A DNA stretch of 63,666 bases, filler included, from Platydemus manokwari (taxonomy: Eukaryota), in the NCBI GenBank assembly GCA_037951405.1. It is 6 parts of 6 records of this genome, joined end to end, with 100 filler letters (N's around TTAATTAATTAA, not from the genome) between each part and the next. Parts side by side here need not be neighbours in the genome. Positions count along the whole stretch, not along the records: positions 45,555 to 54,752 come from JBBMOY011284428.1; positions 54,853 to 63,666 come from JBBMOY011345316.1; 4 more parts are not named here. One strand, written 5' to 3'. Within the stretch, counting starts at the first letter, position 1. Every line of letters starts with the position of its first letter. The position numbers and the translations under genes were made by a program. The notes below the pieces were generated by a model that saw only the letters and a program-made list of their open reading frames with translations, searched no databases and had not been told where the DNA came from. Shown in pieces: positions 51,545 to 63,666 of the stretch.

Positions 51545-54331
51545 GTAGAGTATATAAGGTGCAATGAATGGATTGCAGATAGATTTCCCGTAGAATCAAT
51601 TATTACAGAAAAAAGCGAAATTAATTAATTTTTATTAAGTCGAGATGAGGGTTTTCCCAACGCATCTTAAAGACCTTGTTTATGTTAAATAAATATTAGT
51701 TTTTTAAATATACTGACACAGGATTGGCACGTATGGCCATATAAATTTATATATAACTTCAACCGGAAAATTCAATAACGAACTAATATCTTATTTGTTT
51801 AAATATCGATTAAAATATGGATTTTCTTTTAATTGGGAGCTATTTCGTTTGAAGTTAAATATCACTAAATATTTACTAAAAAAAAACTATTTTATATTAA
51901 TTTTTTAAACCATTTTCCTAATAATATTTCTTTCGATATTTGAAACATCTATCGGATTCAGTTGCAGTCATAATGCATAAAATCTTTAGTTCAAATTAAT
52001 ACTAGAAAAGATAGGAATTTCTAAATAAACGCTAAAAGTGAATTATTTTTCTTATGTGGCTAGAAAAATCATCACTTCATAATTCATCAAATCCACTCAT
52101 CAGTCAAGAATATTGTCGATACAACCACTTCTATCTACGATGTCGATATAGATCGTCGATTTTGAACAATATCAATGGACCCATCAAAAACTTATTAATT
52201 CAAAAGTAATTGGATTAAAATTAAATCAACTCGGAAAATTCGCAAGAATTTAAAATTTTATTTGTTAAGTTGATATTATTAAATGAACTCGAGCATATTT
52301 CGTGTTTAAACCTTATAAGCTAATGTACTAGATAAAATATAAAAAATGTTATTGAGAAAATAGTTACTATTTTGTTTAAATAAACTGCCATTGATCATTA
52401 TTATTAACCGCTAAGAAAGTCAAGCCTATAAAAATCATATTCAATCAAGATATTGATACAGATTACTTAAAGATGTTTAGAAGCAGTTATTTAATTTTAA
52501 ATGATAACAAATTATTTATAAAAAAAACTTTAAAATCCTTGCATCCCCCTGTCTTCAAACCTTTTATTTTCTTCATATCTCATATTATCGAATTCTTTAA
52601 TTTTTCATTTTTTATATATCAAATTCTGTTTATCTAACTATATTCTCAATACAATCTATCTTATCTTCAATCTTCTCTATATCTTCGATACTTTTATAGC
52701 ATCGATTTTTATCAGAATCGAATAGCAAATGCGCGGTTGCCATGCTAACTGTTACTAGTTCATGAAATCAAATGGAAAACGAATTAAGAAGTTCAACCCG
52801 CAAAAGTGTATTCAATCAAAATATTCAAATATCATTTATTTTATTTCAAACGATGAAAAATTGTTTTTTAAGGACGTTGTCACATCATATAATAAAGTTC
52901 ATTTGGTTGAAATTAGTTTAATGATTTTATATTAAAATTTTATTGTTTGGCCTTTTTTGCCAATCATTTTGCAATAAAAATTTAATAAATTAAATAAACG
53001 AGTCTATATTTTTTTAACGCACTCTTTCTATATAAGATTTTTAATATTGAAACTGGTGATTATTAAAATATGTTTGATGTCTTTCGAAAATTACTTTTTG
53101 GAATTATTTTCTTATTTTTTTATCTGTAAATATTATACGACAAAAATAATTGAAAATAAAACATTTCACCGTACATAACAGAAAGACAAATCGACATTCT
53201 CAATATTACGGCACGATTGAGTAAACTTCTGCAATCCGAGATCGGTGATATTTGTGCAACCAGATACGAAAAGATATTTCAATCTATTATTCACTCCTAA
53301 TGCTGCCATTGTCTGGAATTGTAAAATCAATAACCTTGTATTTAAAATTAATATTTTCCACAAACACTATCGCCACAATTTGTGCCAGACACATTTAAGA
53401 ATTGTAAATGTTGGATTGATCCCAAAATTTCCATTCCAGATTCCGTAAATTGATCACAAAATGCTACTGATAAATGAGTGAGTAAACTACACCTGATTCG
53501 AAAATATAATTCATTATTTTTATCAGTTTTAGTGAAAATATTAGATATAGATTTGGGAAATTCATCCAATTGGTCCATCTATTAATCAATGTAATAACAG
53601 ATCGAAATTACATGGGGTTCAATTATCTAATCAATCAATAACTTGTTAATCGTTGATTTGAAAATAGATAATCAAAATCAATAAGCTTCCTCGGGGGACA
53701 TCGATTACAGAAAAAAATTAGTACCTTTTTTGGATCTGGCTAAGAGCCACATCAGTAATGCGTGAACAATTTATGAGATTCAATTCTTTCAGTTGCAATC
53801 CACACGGTGAATCAATGATAAACTTTACGCCTTGATCAGTGATCTTCACACAGTCGGCTAAATTGAGTACTTTCAAATGTTTAAGATTAGAAAAACCCTT
53901 CAAGAACTGATCACTGATCTAGGAGAACAAATCTTCATTGATAAAAACACCTTTACATCATCAAATACTTTTTGACTGTCACTAAGGTAAAGGTGACGTA
54001 AATCATGGCATTGACGTCCCAAATCCTTTAGACCATGATCTGATAATTTAGTAGGAGTTTCGAGTTTCAAAATTTTGAGATATTTTGAAAAAATCAATTT
54101 GATACTGTGATCTGAAATCTTATTTCGACCTCGGGCATCAAACCATTCGATATTTTTACAATGTGCACTGATAGCCTTTATTAGTAATAAAAGTGCAAAT
54201 TTATTCTATCATTAATAATATTCAACTCTTACACCGACACGCTCGTCCGATAGACTGCTGATTTCGTTGAGAATCCAAAATTTAATCTTCGGGCAAGCTT
54301 CAGCCAGACATTTGTAACCAACCACTGACAA
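50477..54331 (-). CDS. FBXL13: F-box/LRR-repeat protein 13 (DRC6) homolog, nine 3' exons; 5' part including the F-box is missing
   Basis: Exons 54331-54233, 54175-53969, 53918-53725, 53492-53366, 53312-53175, 51476-51396, 51341-51259, 51203-51123 and 50558-50477. All introns GT-AG with consistent phases and no stops. Cys-containing LRRs (LKVLNLADCVKITDQG..LKELNLINCSRITD) and C-terminus IQYSCEDPPASYGY* (cf. FBXL13 QEYNxNDPPxWFGY). Confidence 0.92.
51507..51544. repeat. (CA)n(TA)n microsatellite in an FBXL13 intron
   Basis: Direct inspection. Confidence 0.9.
52405..52800 (+). repeat. ~400-bp repeat family, copy C (diverged), in the long FBXL13 intron
   Basis: aaatccttgcatcccc, pyrimidine-rich body, then cagaatcgaatagcaaatgcgcggttgccatgctaactgttacta, aligning with the copy A core. 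Confidence 0.7.
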
Positions 54332-54752
54332 CTTGAATCATCGTAATATTGTTTATTAAAATTGTTTATTTATGTACAAATAAATAAATTAGACACCATC
54401 TTGTTTTGATAAATGTCCAAATTTAAGAAAATGTCTAACATTTAAACTACTCATAATAGTAAGTAAAATAAACTATAATTTTTAATTTAAAATTGTTTAA
54501 TGAGAAATTATCATAGAATGTTATGAATAAAAATTCAAATATTTAGCCATATTTCATAAGATTTTTCAATTTATCTAGATCTCAGCATTTGTATAATCAT
54601 TCTGAGGAAAATTAAAATTTCTTTTGAATTTAAATGGAACAAATTTAAATAATTTTGAAAATAAATTATTTTAAAGTTTTAATTTTGAATGTTTTGTAAT
54701 ATAAAATTTTAATGAGTTATTTAAAAATTTAATGAAATAATTTTTGAATAAT

Positions 54753-54852
54753 NNNNNNNNNNNNNNNNNNNNNNNNNNNNNNNNNNNNNNNNNNNNTTAA
54801 TTAATTAANNNNNNNNNNNNNNNNNNNNNNNNNNNNNNNNNNNNNNNNNNNN
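54753..54852. other. Artificial assembly spacer
   Basis: 44N-TTAATTAATTAA-44N. Confidence 0.97.
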
Positions 54853-55217
54853 ATAAGCAAAATACAACATATAAAAATGATAATATAAAGTTTATTACTC
54901 GCATAAAAATAAAAGATCAAATTGATGAAGCACTAAAGTTTATTACGAGCATAAAAGAAAAGGGTAAAAACCAATGTTTATTAACTAATCAGATATTGAT
55001 CACGTTAAATCAGTTATAATCGTTTTGATAATTGCATGGTTGATTGTTGTTGACGGGCTTCAATATTTGTTTTCTCGAATAGTACTCAGTATTTGTTGTC
55101 TCGACAGCAGATCAGTCCACACTCAGATTCACCGTATATTTTTAAGTATATCATATGTACGGATGTTAACCGGGAATATTTATTTATGCTCGTAGACGGA
55201 ATGCAGTGCTTGTATTA

Positions 55218-55334
55218 TGTATATTTATAGGGAGTGTTTTTATATATATATATTTATAGGGTGTGTCTTTTTTATATATATTTATAGGGCGTGTTTGTTT
55301 GTATAGTTTTGTATAATGTAGTTTTGTATAATGT
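55218..55334. repeat. Minisatellite: 3 x ~30 bp (tatatttatagggNgtgt) followed by 2 x 15 bp (tagttttgtataatg)
   Basis: Direct inspection. Confidence 0.85.
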
Positions 55335-55359
55335 GCTATTCCAACATTTAAATAGATTT

Positions 55360-55830
55360 TTGTAGTCTTGACTTTAAGGTGTGGGTTTTAAAATACTAAC
55401 GTCTAACATGGCGACCACACCTCTGGATACGATAATGAAAAGATCAATGATTAAAATTATCGAAAAGAAGGAGGAAGATACTGAGATTATATTGAGATCA
55501 TATAAAGAAGATATAAGGAAGATATAAAGAAGTTTGTAGAAGAGATAGAAAGGTGATATAAAAGAAAAATATTAAGGAGATACAAAAGAATATATTAAAA
55601 GATAGAAGAATTAGAGTTTTCGTGTGATGAAATATGTAGAACATTCGATACAGAGACAATTAACAAAATCAAATATTTTAAAGAAAGCCGTATGTGAGGT
55701 ATTTTAAAGGAATTAAATTTTTTATTTAATTTAATTCTAATTTTATATAGAATCATATCTATTTAAAAATAAATTTATTTGTTCGTTTTAATGTGTGATT
55801 TTTAAAATACTAGCGGTTAGGAAATCTAGT
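55360..55830 (-). repeat. ~400-bp repeat family, copy D (inverted)
   Basis: The reverse complement of 55781-55825 (ccgctagtattttaaaaatcacacattaaaacgaac) nearly equals copy B at 20238-20275. The body atgaaaagatcaatgattaaaattatcgaaaag matches the reverse complement of 20590-20626. Confidence 0.8.
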
Positions 55831-56401
55831 ATTATTATCTATATCGCAGTTAATTCTAACTCCAACATTTCAACAAAAAATCAATAATGTACAGTCCGAT
55901 ATCTCAAAACAATATTCTTCAATTTGTAATAAATGCATTCCTTTCGGCCAAGGAGCACCAATAATGATTAAACCATTTATTTTGAATATTTTTCTGACAA
56001 TGAAGTGCTTAAATTTTTAGATTTGGGATTTTCTATCTTGAATTTATTGATCTTGATTTATGAATACTTTTGAGGTTTTTTAAAAAAGTTTTGAGATCAA
56101 TTCAAAAATTATTATTAAGAAAAACAAAACAATTCTGCTTCTCTTCAAATAAATAGCTAACGTTCGCGAATATTATATTTATTCAAAATATAAACAAACA
56201 TGGGTTAAAGTACAAAATTTCAATAGGATATAAATCAAAATTTACTGAATAAAGTATTGTTGAGTGAGATGAAATTCTGCAAAAAGAAAGACGAAATTGC
56301 ACCTTGGAACCCTTATTTTGGCACTCTGAACATTTGATTATTATGGAAAGTACAATAATTGGTTCATAGATTAATATTATTTAACTTGAATTAGATTTTT
56401 G

Positions 56402-56981
56402 AGCTTAAGTTAAGAAAAAGGGTACTTTGACCTACTTTCTTAATAATGAATTTTCGAGCATGAGATAATTTTATAACGAATTTTATATATAACTGCTATG
56501 TTTGATTTATTCTTAAGATGTCTGATAATGACAAAATATAGTTTTAAACTAATTTCCCATTCTACTCATAACATTTCTATATGATTATTTAAGTTTTTAA
56601 ATTCAAATTTTTATAATTATAAATCGAGTTAGTTAATTACAGATATGTTTAATAATATCATTGATTATTTTTATAAAATAATTGTAAAAATTGAGAATAT
56701 ATCTTAATTTGCTTCTAATGTTAAAAAATGGATCCTCGCTAATTTTCAATAAATTGCAATTCAACTTATTTTTATCATCTTTTCAAATAATCAAATGTTA
56801 AAGGATTTTGAAGATCTAGTCTATTTAATATTTGATTTCAAACAACTAAAATTTTTCTTAAGTGCTTCAATTAAAAATTCAAAATCTTTTTAAAGAATTA
56901 AATTAAATAAACTATATAGAATTTTGCTATATACTCAACAAATTTAAAATTTGATTTCAGGACCCTTTTTTATCTTTAGCT
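56402..56981 (+). mobile_element. Full-length copy of the GGCTTAAG-TIR element
   Basis: gcttaagttaagaaaaaggg ... gaccctttttta-tctttagc; colinear by eye with 49749-50300. Confidence 0.8.
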
Positions 56982-57833
56982 GAAATCTAATATCATTTCA
57001 ATAACGAATACCAGTTAATGACAAAAATGAATTCATATAAATTATTATCGAATATCCAAATAATGTCATGAATAAATTTGCAAAAGAAATTTATTGATAA
57101 GTGATATGGAATATCAAAACATATTTCAAAGTTCTGTTTTGAAAAATCATTAATTCACTTTAAATAATGAAAAAAAATGGCAACCCTTCAACATTTTAAG
57201 TCCAAATAATAAAATGAAAATTGTGAATTTGTTTAAAAATTTTATGAAAAATAAAATAATTAGATTAAAATAATTTTATTTATTTATAATAATATTTATA
57301 AATTGTTTAAAAATATTAATAATACAATTGTAAATTAATTATTTATTTCATGAAAATGATATTATTGTATAAATAATAATTTATAAATATTATTGTAAAT
57401 AAATAAAATTCCTTTAAAATTCTTATTTCAATTTTTTAAAAAGTATGTGTTGCTTCAATAGTCAAAATCATAAAATCTGTTTAAAATTATTATTTTTCAC
57501 TTGTTATTCTATGATGATGATTATTATTATCAAAGGATTGGTTATACATGTAAACAGGATACCTATGCAAACCTAAAATAGATCATCGGAATGAAAAATC
57601 GATTGAAAAAAAAATAATTTAATATTCTCACAAGTTATAAACAAAGTTTCGAAAATCTAATAAAGCACAGAGACACATGAAATATTAATTTTAATAATAT
57701 GTTGTCACAATATTTTCCGTTATCAATACAAACTTTTCATAAATAAAATATTGAAATGTTTCGATTTAAAATTTAATTATAATTTGTATTTGTATCAAAA
57801 ATACTGACATAAAGAGATACTTCTTTCCAAATT

Positions 57834-58008
57834 NNNNNNNNNNNNNNNNNNNNNNNNNNNNNNNNNNNNNNNNNNNNNNNNNNNNNNNNNNNNNNNNNNN
57901 NNNNNNNNNNNNNNNNNNNNNNNNNNNNNNNNNNNNNNNNNNNNNNNNNNNNNNNNNNNNNNNNNNNNNNNNNNNNNNNNNNNNNNNNNNNNNNNNNNNN
58001 NNNNNNNN
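57834..58008. other. Scaffold gap (175 N)
   Basis: Plain N run without the spacer core. Confidence 0.95.
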
Positions 58009-58636
58009 AAATACGAATCAATATTCTAATAATAAACAATTATATTAATAATAAATGAAATGGTTCTAAGAGTTTCCCGCACGAACTCATATGTTCCAAC
58101 CGGTAGTCTACTGATAGACTGTTTTACAGTATTGAATGTGATATTCATTCAACCTATTAATAATTTCCTTACTGGTCGACTCAAATCACAGCCATTTAAA
58201 TCAATTTCAAAATCATCTTGCATTTTGGTATCAAATTTGCAACACAGTTCTTACCATAAAAATAAAATAAAAACTTATGAAATAATAATAATTTTGTGAT
58301 AACAATAAGATTATTATTAATACTATTAATAAAAGTAATAATATTATTAATGGATATTTTAAAAACAAAATATTAATTTTATCGGAAAATATAATTAAAC
58401 TATAATTTGTAACTGTAATCATAAATATAGATTAGATTTTATATAAATACAACGTAACAAAGATTTTAATATTAAATCTGTTCATTAAACAACAGGATAT
58501 GATTTGATGGAAAGGATGAAGGTTATAATCAATATTTTTGCAAATATACTTATTTTATACAGTATTATAAAATTTCGAAATTATAACATGCATGAATCAT
58601 AAAAATTAACGCACGATTAAATATCAATCAAAATAA

Positions 58637-59131
58637 TCAATAACCTGTATGAATCAATTTGTGCTGCTTTAGATTGTTATTGGAGGACAATATTTGACCG
58701 CATGTTTCACACAAAAATCCAGAGTTTGATTTCAAATGAATTCTAGATATATGACGTTGTAGATATGATTTTTGAGCAAACGTTGCTCCACAATAATCAC
58801 AATAGTGCGTTCCTTTGCATTTAGAGGTATGTCTTTGAAAATTATCAAGTGAAAGAAATTGGTGGCAAGTCATACATTGAAGAGATTCAGTGCCGTGAAA
58901 GTTTTTCAGATGATAAACATAAGCAGATAATTCATTTATTGCATAAGAACAAAACGAACACCTTAATGTTTCAATACAAAATGTCCTGTCATCAGAATCA
59001 CTAGTTTCAGCGCCGCTGTCACTGCTTCCATTACCTTTAAGATTGACTCGTTGATCAGTTACAGATCGTTTGCTTGGAATTTTGGGAAGTATAAATTGAG
59101 ATGGATTTGTATCGGAAACTTTATTATTCAT
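58637..59131 (-). CDS. C2H2 zinc-finger protein (4 fingers, the second of C2HC type); may be spliced onward after HTG
   Basis: First ATG at 59131. Fingers CSFC..HLKNFH, CMTC..HTSKC, CDYCGATFAQKSYLQRHISRIH and CETCGQILSSNNNLKQHKLIHTG. Possible donor ACAG|gttatt at 58644. Confidence 0.85.
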   Translation of the reverse strand: MNNKVSDTNPSQFILPKIPSKRSVTDQRVNLKGNGSSDSGAETSDSDDRTFCIETLRCSFCSYAINELSAYVYHLKNFHGTESLQCMTCHQFLSLDNFQRHTSKCKGTHYCDYCGATFAQKSYLQRHISRIHLKSNSGFLCETCGQILSSNNNLKQHKLIHTGY

Positions 59132-59174
59132 TCGATTGAAAGACAACTTCTCAGTGAAAGACAACAATTATTTA

Positions 59175-59188
59175 GCTGTCACAGCAAT
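59175..59188. promoter_or_regulatory. X-box-like site 44 bp upstream of the zinc-finger ATG
   Basis: GCTGTCACAGCAAT, an imperfect match to the RFX consensus. Confidence 0.3.
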
Positions 59189-62100
59189 TAATTTATGAAT
59201 TTAAATCTAAAACAATTATATAATTGATAAATAATAAATCTTATAAATTTACAGAAACATAAATGTATATAATGATACTGATTATCTTTACATAATTATT
59301 ACAACGCCTTAGAAAACAATTAAAATTTTATAACATTTCGGTTATTTATTTTTTTAAATCGAAAGAATATGGAAACCAAAAAATGTAAGAGATTTAAACT
59401 AACAAAAAAGTTAAATAAATTTATAGGTTTCTGTATATTATTTTAAAAGATTTTAATTGCTTATTTATGTTCAACAAATAATTTTTATAATTAATATAAA
59501 TGTTTTTAATTTACTTTAAATATCATATTACATAAATTTTATAAGCACACTATGACTGTAAATTAAATGTTATATACAATAAATACACATGTAACATTAA
59601 AATTTGAGTAACGTACATCAATTGTTCAAATTTTTTAGACATTTTCAAATCTTAAAAAATAACTAAATTGCAAATATTAAATAATATTTTCCAAATTAGG
59701 GAATACCATTATAAACAGGATATCTCCTGAAAAGTAAAACCATATTTCAAATTAAAATTGTTTTGCTATTCTTGATTAAATAGTGACATTAAATGTATTC
59801 AACAGATATATTATTGATGCTTTAGAGATTATGATAATTAATTTACAATGAGTTGAATAGATAGTTCTTATCTATTTTATGAGAGTGCGTAAACTGAGAT
59901 AACTCTTCGAATATCTAGTTTTTAGTAATTGATAGATTTCCATCATTTCTATTAAAGTAGGTATGAGAACTAACAATAGTAAAAGTAAACAATAACTATT
60001 TATTTCAGTTCATAACTGTGCAATTACACTAAATAAAAATAAGTAATGTTTCTGATTTTAAAAGAATACTAATGGTACTTGACTGAACCATGTCTTCGAA
60101 GAAAATACTTGACTTTGTCAAATTTAATAAATTTTTAAATTCTGTTTTGTTGGATTCATGTTATTACTAAACTTAATAGCGTTAGTTTCAAATGAGTATA
60201 AACGTGTTGTCTAAATGTAAACCCTCCAAATTTTTTTTATCAATGACAAATCACAATAGTAGTTTTTTATAAAATTTATTAAGTTAAATTTATCAAATTA
60301 CTGAATAAATTGTAAGTCAAGCTGATTAATAATTAATTAAATAATTGTTACAGTTATCTTATCAATAGTTCAAGAATTTAGAGATTTCTCTATGGATATA
60401 AAAATAGATTTTATGTGATATCTTGTTTTTCACCAAAATGGAGAATCCTTTTGATGGTCACATTGCTCTGCTATTAACTTATTAAGAAAACAACTTGTTC
60501 CTCGAAATATTTCCATAAAACATTAAACGTCCATATTAGTAATAGTAATTACCTTACAATTTTCGATTCTTTACTGTTGAGATTTTATAAGTGTTCAAAT
60601 ATCTTTTTTTCAATTTTATATAGTGGCCAACTCTGAGTACTTTACACTGTTGAGAAATCATAGACCGGCTAATGCTTCACTCAGGTATTCATCACCATTA
60701 GTTCATATGGTGAACGGAAGAAGAAAATTTCCAGAAAAAACCCCGAAGAACACAACCAACAATTATATCAAACAACACAACTAACACCAGGAACCCAGAC
60801 GAAATCAGACAAACAAGGTCCAATAAAGGATGCATTTAAAAGACCAATAGATACCAATATCACTTGACGGCATTGTCCAAGTCTGAAAAAGGAAGAGAAG
60901 AAAAAGACTTGTGGAAAGAATAGCTAGAGTGTGGATTTAGGCTCTTGAGGTTAGCGAAAAATTCGTATCTCAGATACTGCAATCTACGAATTCCAAATCC
61001 CAATGATGATTCCAGACCCCAATGATAATATCATAGAAACGTTGATGAATATTTTGTTTTAAACATTTTGACTCTATATCTGATTATTGTCTGATATTTT
61101 GATATTTTATTTTTATTTTAGATGATTATTTAAATTTAATGATTGGTGTTTCAATGTAAACACACGTATAAAATATTTATCATTGCCTATTGAAAAAATT
61201 AGATTAATAAAATAATAATTTCAGCAAAATATATGTTGTAAGTAACTTTAGTTAATTCAATTAAATAAAATAAGAAAGTAAAAATTAAATTATAATTTTA
61301 AATGTCAATAAGCCATATGATAAAATTCATCAGTGAAAATTTAAAGATTTATAAGGTTGAATAATTTTCAAAATCATTAATCATAAGGTCCAAAGTATGC
61401 AAAATAATGAAAATTTGCAAATAATAGAAAAATACTGAGTACAAAGTACCGAACTTCAGCAACTACAAAAGCTGATGGATTTTCAACAAAAATTACCCTT
61501 ACAAAATAAATGCTATTTTAACTTAATCAATCAAGTTGAGAATAAATTTAAAGCTACTTTGGCTTGCTTTTCTCGTATATGGGTTTCATCATTCTCTGCC
61601 TACTTCCCTTAACATTCATTAATTGATTTCTTATAATTGATCTCCATCATCATCCTCATAAATTTTCCTTTGCCGTATATTTCAATTTCTTCTCTTATCA
61701 TATAATTTCTGAATTTCAATCAATATATTTAGTCGAACATTCCCCTCACTTCCCTAAACATAATCGTTAACTCAATCGACAATGGATCATCAATCTACTA
61801 AAATAATAACAGAATTTGCACTGGTGTTTTGGTTTGTTGATGAGTGATTAGGGTGTTAGTTCTTTGTAAGTTGGCTAAAGAAATATATAACAGTGGCCAA
61901 TGGTTTACCCCTATATAGCTTTCAATACAGAATGATGACTGGGTGTTGTTAAAAATAATATAAAACAATTGCAAATTTTATGGAATCCACAGAAAAACCC
62001 AATAAACAATTCAAAAAATAACAATTTCTAAATAAAAAAATCAATTCCAATCGACATTATAACTTTAATCTAAAAGAACCATTTATCAAAGACCAAATTA

Positions 62101-62449
62101 AAATCATTCAACCGACTAACTTTACTAATGGCGTTAATCTTCAAATTAAAAATATAATTAATTAAGTACAAATATGGTTGTCATTGTCCAAAATAGCTAA
62201 TCAACTGAGTATGCTGAAATTTCAAATATGAGCTTATTTTATTTCATAGGATAAGAGAAAATTCTAAATTTTTTTATATCACACTATGAATTTTGTGACT
62301 ATGAGATTTTTATACTTCGTAACATCGTCTTTTATCCCATGAAATATAAATTTCAATCCTGAACAAATTATCAATTTTTAAAATTTGGGACATTTTTCAA
62401 ATGCTTCAACCCTTTATATATTAGAAAAAAATTATTTTCTATTATGTAA

Positions 62450-63050
62450 TTTTTGTTAAATTTTAATTGCTCTACCACCTTTTCCAATTTGAATAGATGA
62501 TTTAACCATGGTGGCAGTACAATATATCAAAACTTAGTAAATACTTAAAGATTTTGACCCTTTGACTATTTTACTGCTTTACTTTATTCCAACTTTGATT
62601 AATTTCTCCGTCATCCACAATCAAATGCTTTAAAATTGATAAGCTTCAACTTAAAAATCACTTGCAACTTTTTATGCTATAAAGCTACGACACTCTTTTC
62701 ACTGACATTATTTCTAAGATTTGAGAATCTGCAACCTATCAAAATTTTCCTCGAACTATTTTTATAAATTGACTTTCACAAAAATCTTTAAAAAATATTC
62801 TTCATTATTACTATCTACGGTTCAAAAAGAGGCATACACTATCTATGATCTTTATACATTATAGAAGGACAAAGGGTATGTATACCTTAGATTTTCTATA
62901 ATTGATGTTTAAAATTCTTTAAAAAACATACCACCATGACATATTTTACTTCAATAGTTGATATGGATATCCAACCTTGATATTTCTTCTGTAAAATTAT
63001 TTTTATCTATTCAACAATGCCATTTGAACAATCTTTTGTGATTTCGAATT
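62450..63050 (-). mobile_element. Degenerate LINE RT C-terminal fragment
   Basis: Minus-strand YQGWIS (cf. RQGCxLSP, ~62965-62982), then RVKIFKYL (cf. ExVxxFKYLG, ~62538-62561). Confidence 0.4.
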
Positions 63051-63666
63051 TTAAAAATTATCGTTAATATCATTTAATGCAAAGGAATAACTTTGTTTAC
63101 TTCTAAATATTTTAGTTATAAATCTTCTGATTCATCGTTCTTTTTTCGAAAATTTACAAACTTTATTATATTAATTGGTTTTATTGGGCTTTATTAAAAA
63201 TTATTTAATATTTCAATTCTATAAATAAATATATATAATAAATTATAAAAAATCAATTCAATGTTATTTTCGAAATCAAAATTATAATATTATATACAAA
63301 GATCAAATCAGTATTAAAAGTATTAAATGGATCACAAAGTTTTAATTATTTGGCTTGGAATTGGGATTTGGAATACAAAGATTATAATGATTTGTTAATC
63401 CCAGGAATCCAAATGAACTCCCCAGGGGTTCTTACTATAGGTGCCTTACTTTTCTTTCAAGTCATTTTTGGACTAAGGCACTGCTACGTGGTGTTGTAAA
63501 CTTTCTTTTCATTACTAGGCTTTTGTTTGTCAACCCATATCTCTTCTACTTGTAGTTTTATAAGTTGCCGACTCTAATTCAGGGATTTTCACTTTCTTAT
63601 GATGTTATTTTGCCACAAATTCTGAATTGCTTCGTTTATCTTTTCTTCTAAATTCACCGGTTGTCT

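Noticed and set aside
55880-56330. Possible upstream FBXL13 exons after the gap
   Set aside because: No frame gives F-box or LRR sequence, and implied introns were implausibly short.
1-63666. tRNA, rRNA, spliced-leader RNA, CRISPR arrays, operons, and the remaining 60-90 aa ORFs
   Set aside because: None recognised. The short ORFs are mostly non-ATG, antisense to real genes, or of chance length for AT-rich DNA. Covariance-model searches were not run, so small RNAs could be missed.

Overview
AT-rich eukaryotic genomic DNA using the standard code, with short (50-60 nt) and long spliceosomal introns. Composition and gene content suggest a ciliated invertebrate such as a freshwater planarian (inference). 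The window is not continuous: five identical 100-bp spacers (44 N + TTAATTAATTAA + 44 N) and one 175-N gap split it into roughly 9-12 kb pieces whose linkage is unproven. Recognisable genes are the last two exons of an alpha/beta-syntrophin, an intronless divergent DNALI1/p28 axonemal dynein light intermediate chain, nine 3' exons of FBXL13/DRC6 (all splice phases reconcile), an intronless 510-aa protein with two C3HC3D RING fingers, a four-TM protein with two PPxY motifs, a C2H2 zinc-finger gene, and two orphan ORFs. Intergenic DNA contains decayed LINE, Gypsy and mariner fragments, two hAT-type MITEs, a ~550-600 bp TIR family with an 8-bp TSD (4 copies), and an unclassified ~385-420 bp head-to-tail repeat family with a conserved core (4 copies). 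The best candidates for something new are the tandem-RING protein behind an RFX X-box cluster and the ~400-bp repeat family. No tRNA, rRNA, CRISPR or prokaryotic features were seen. All family calls are by eye; no database search was run.
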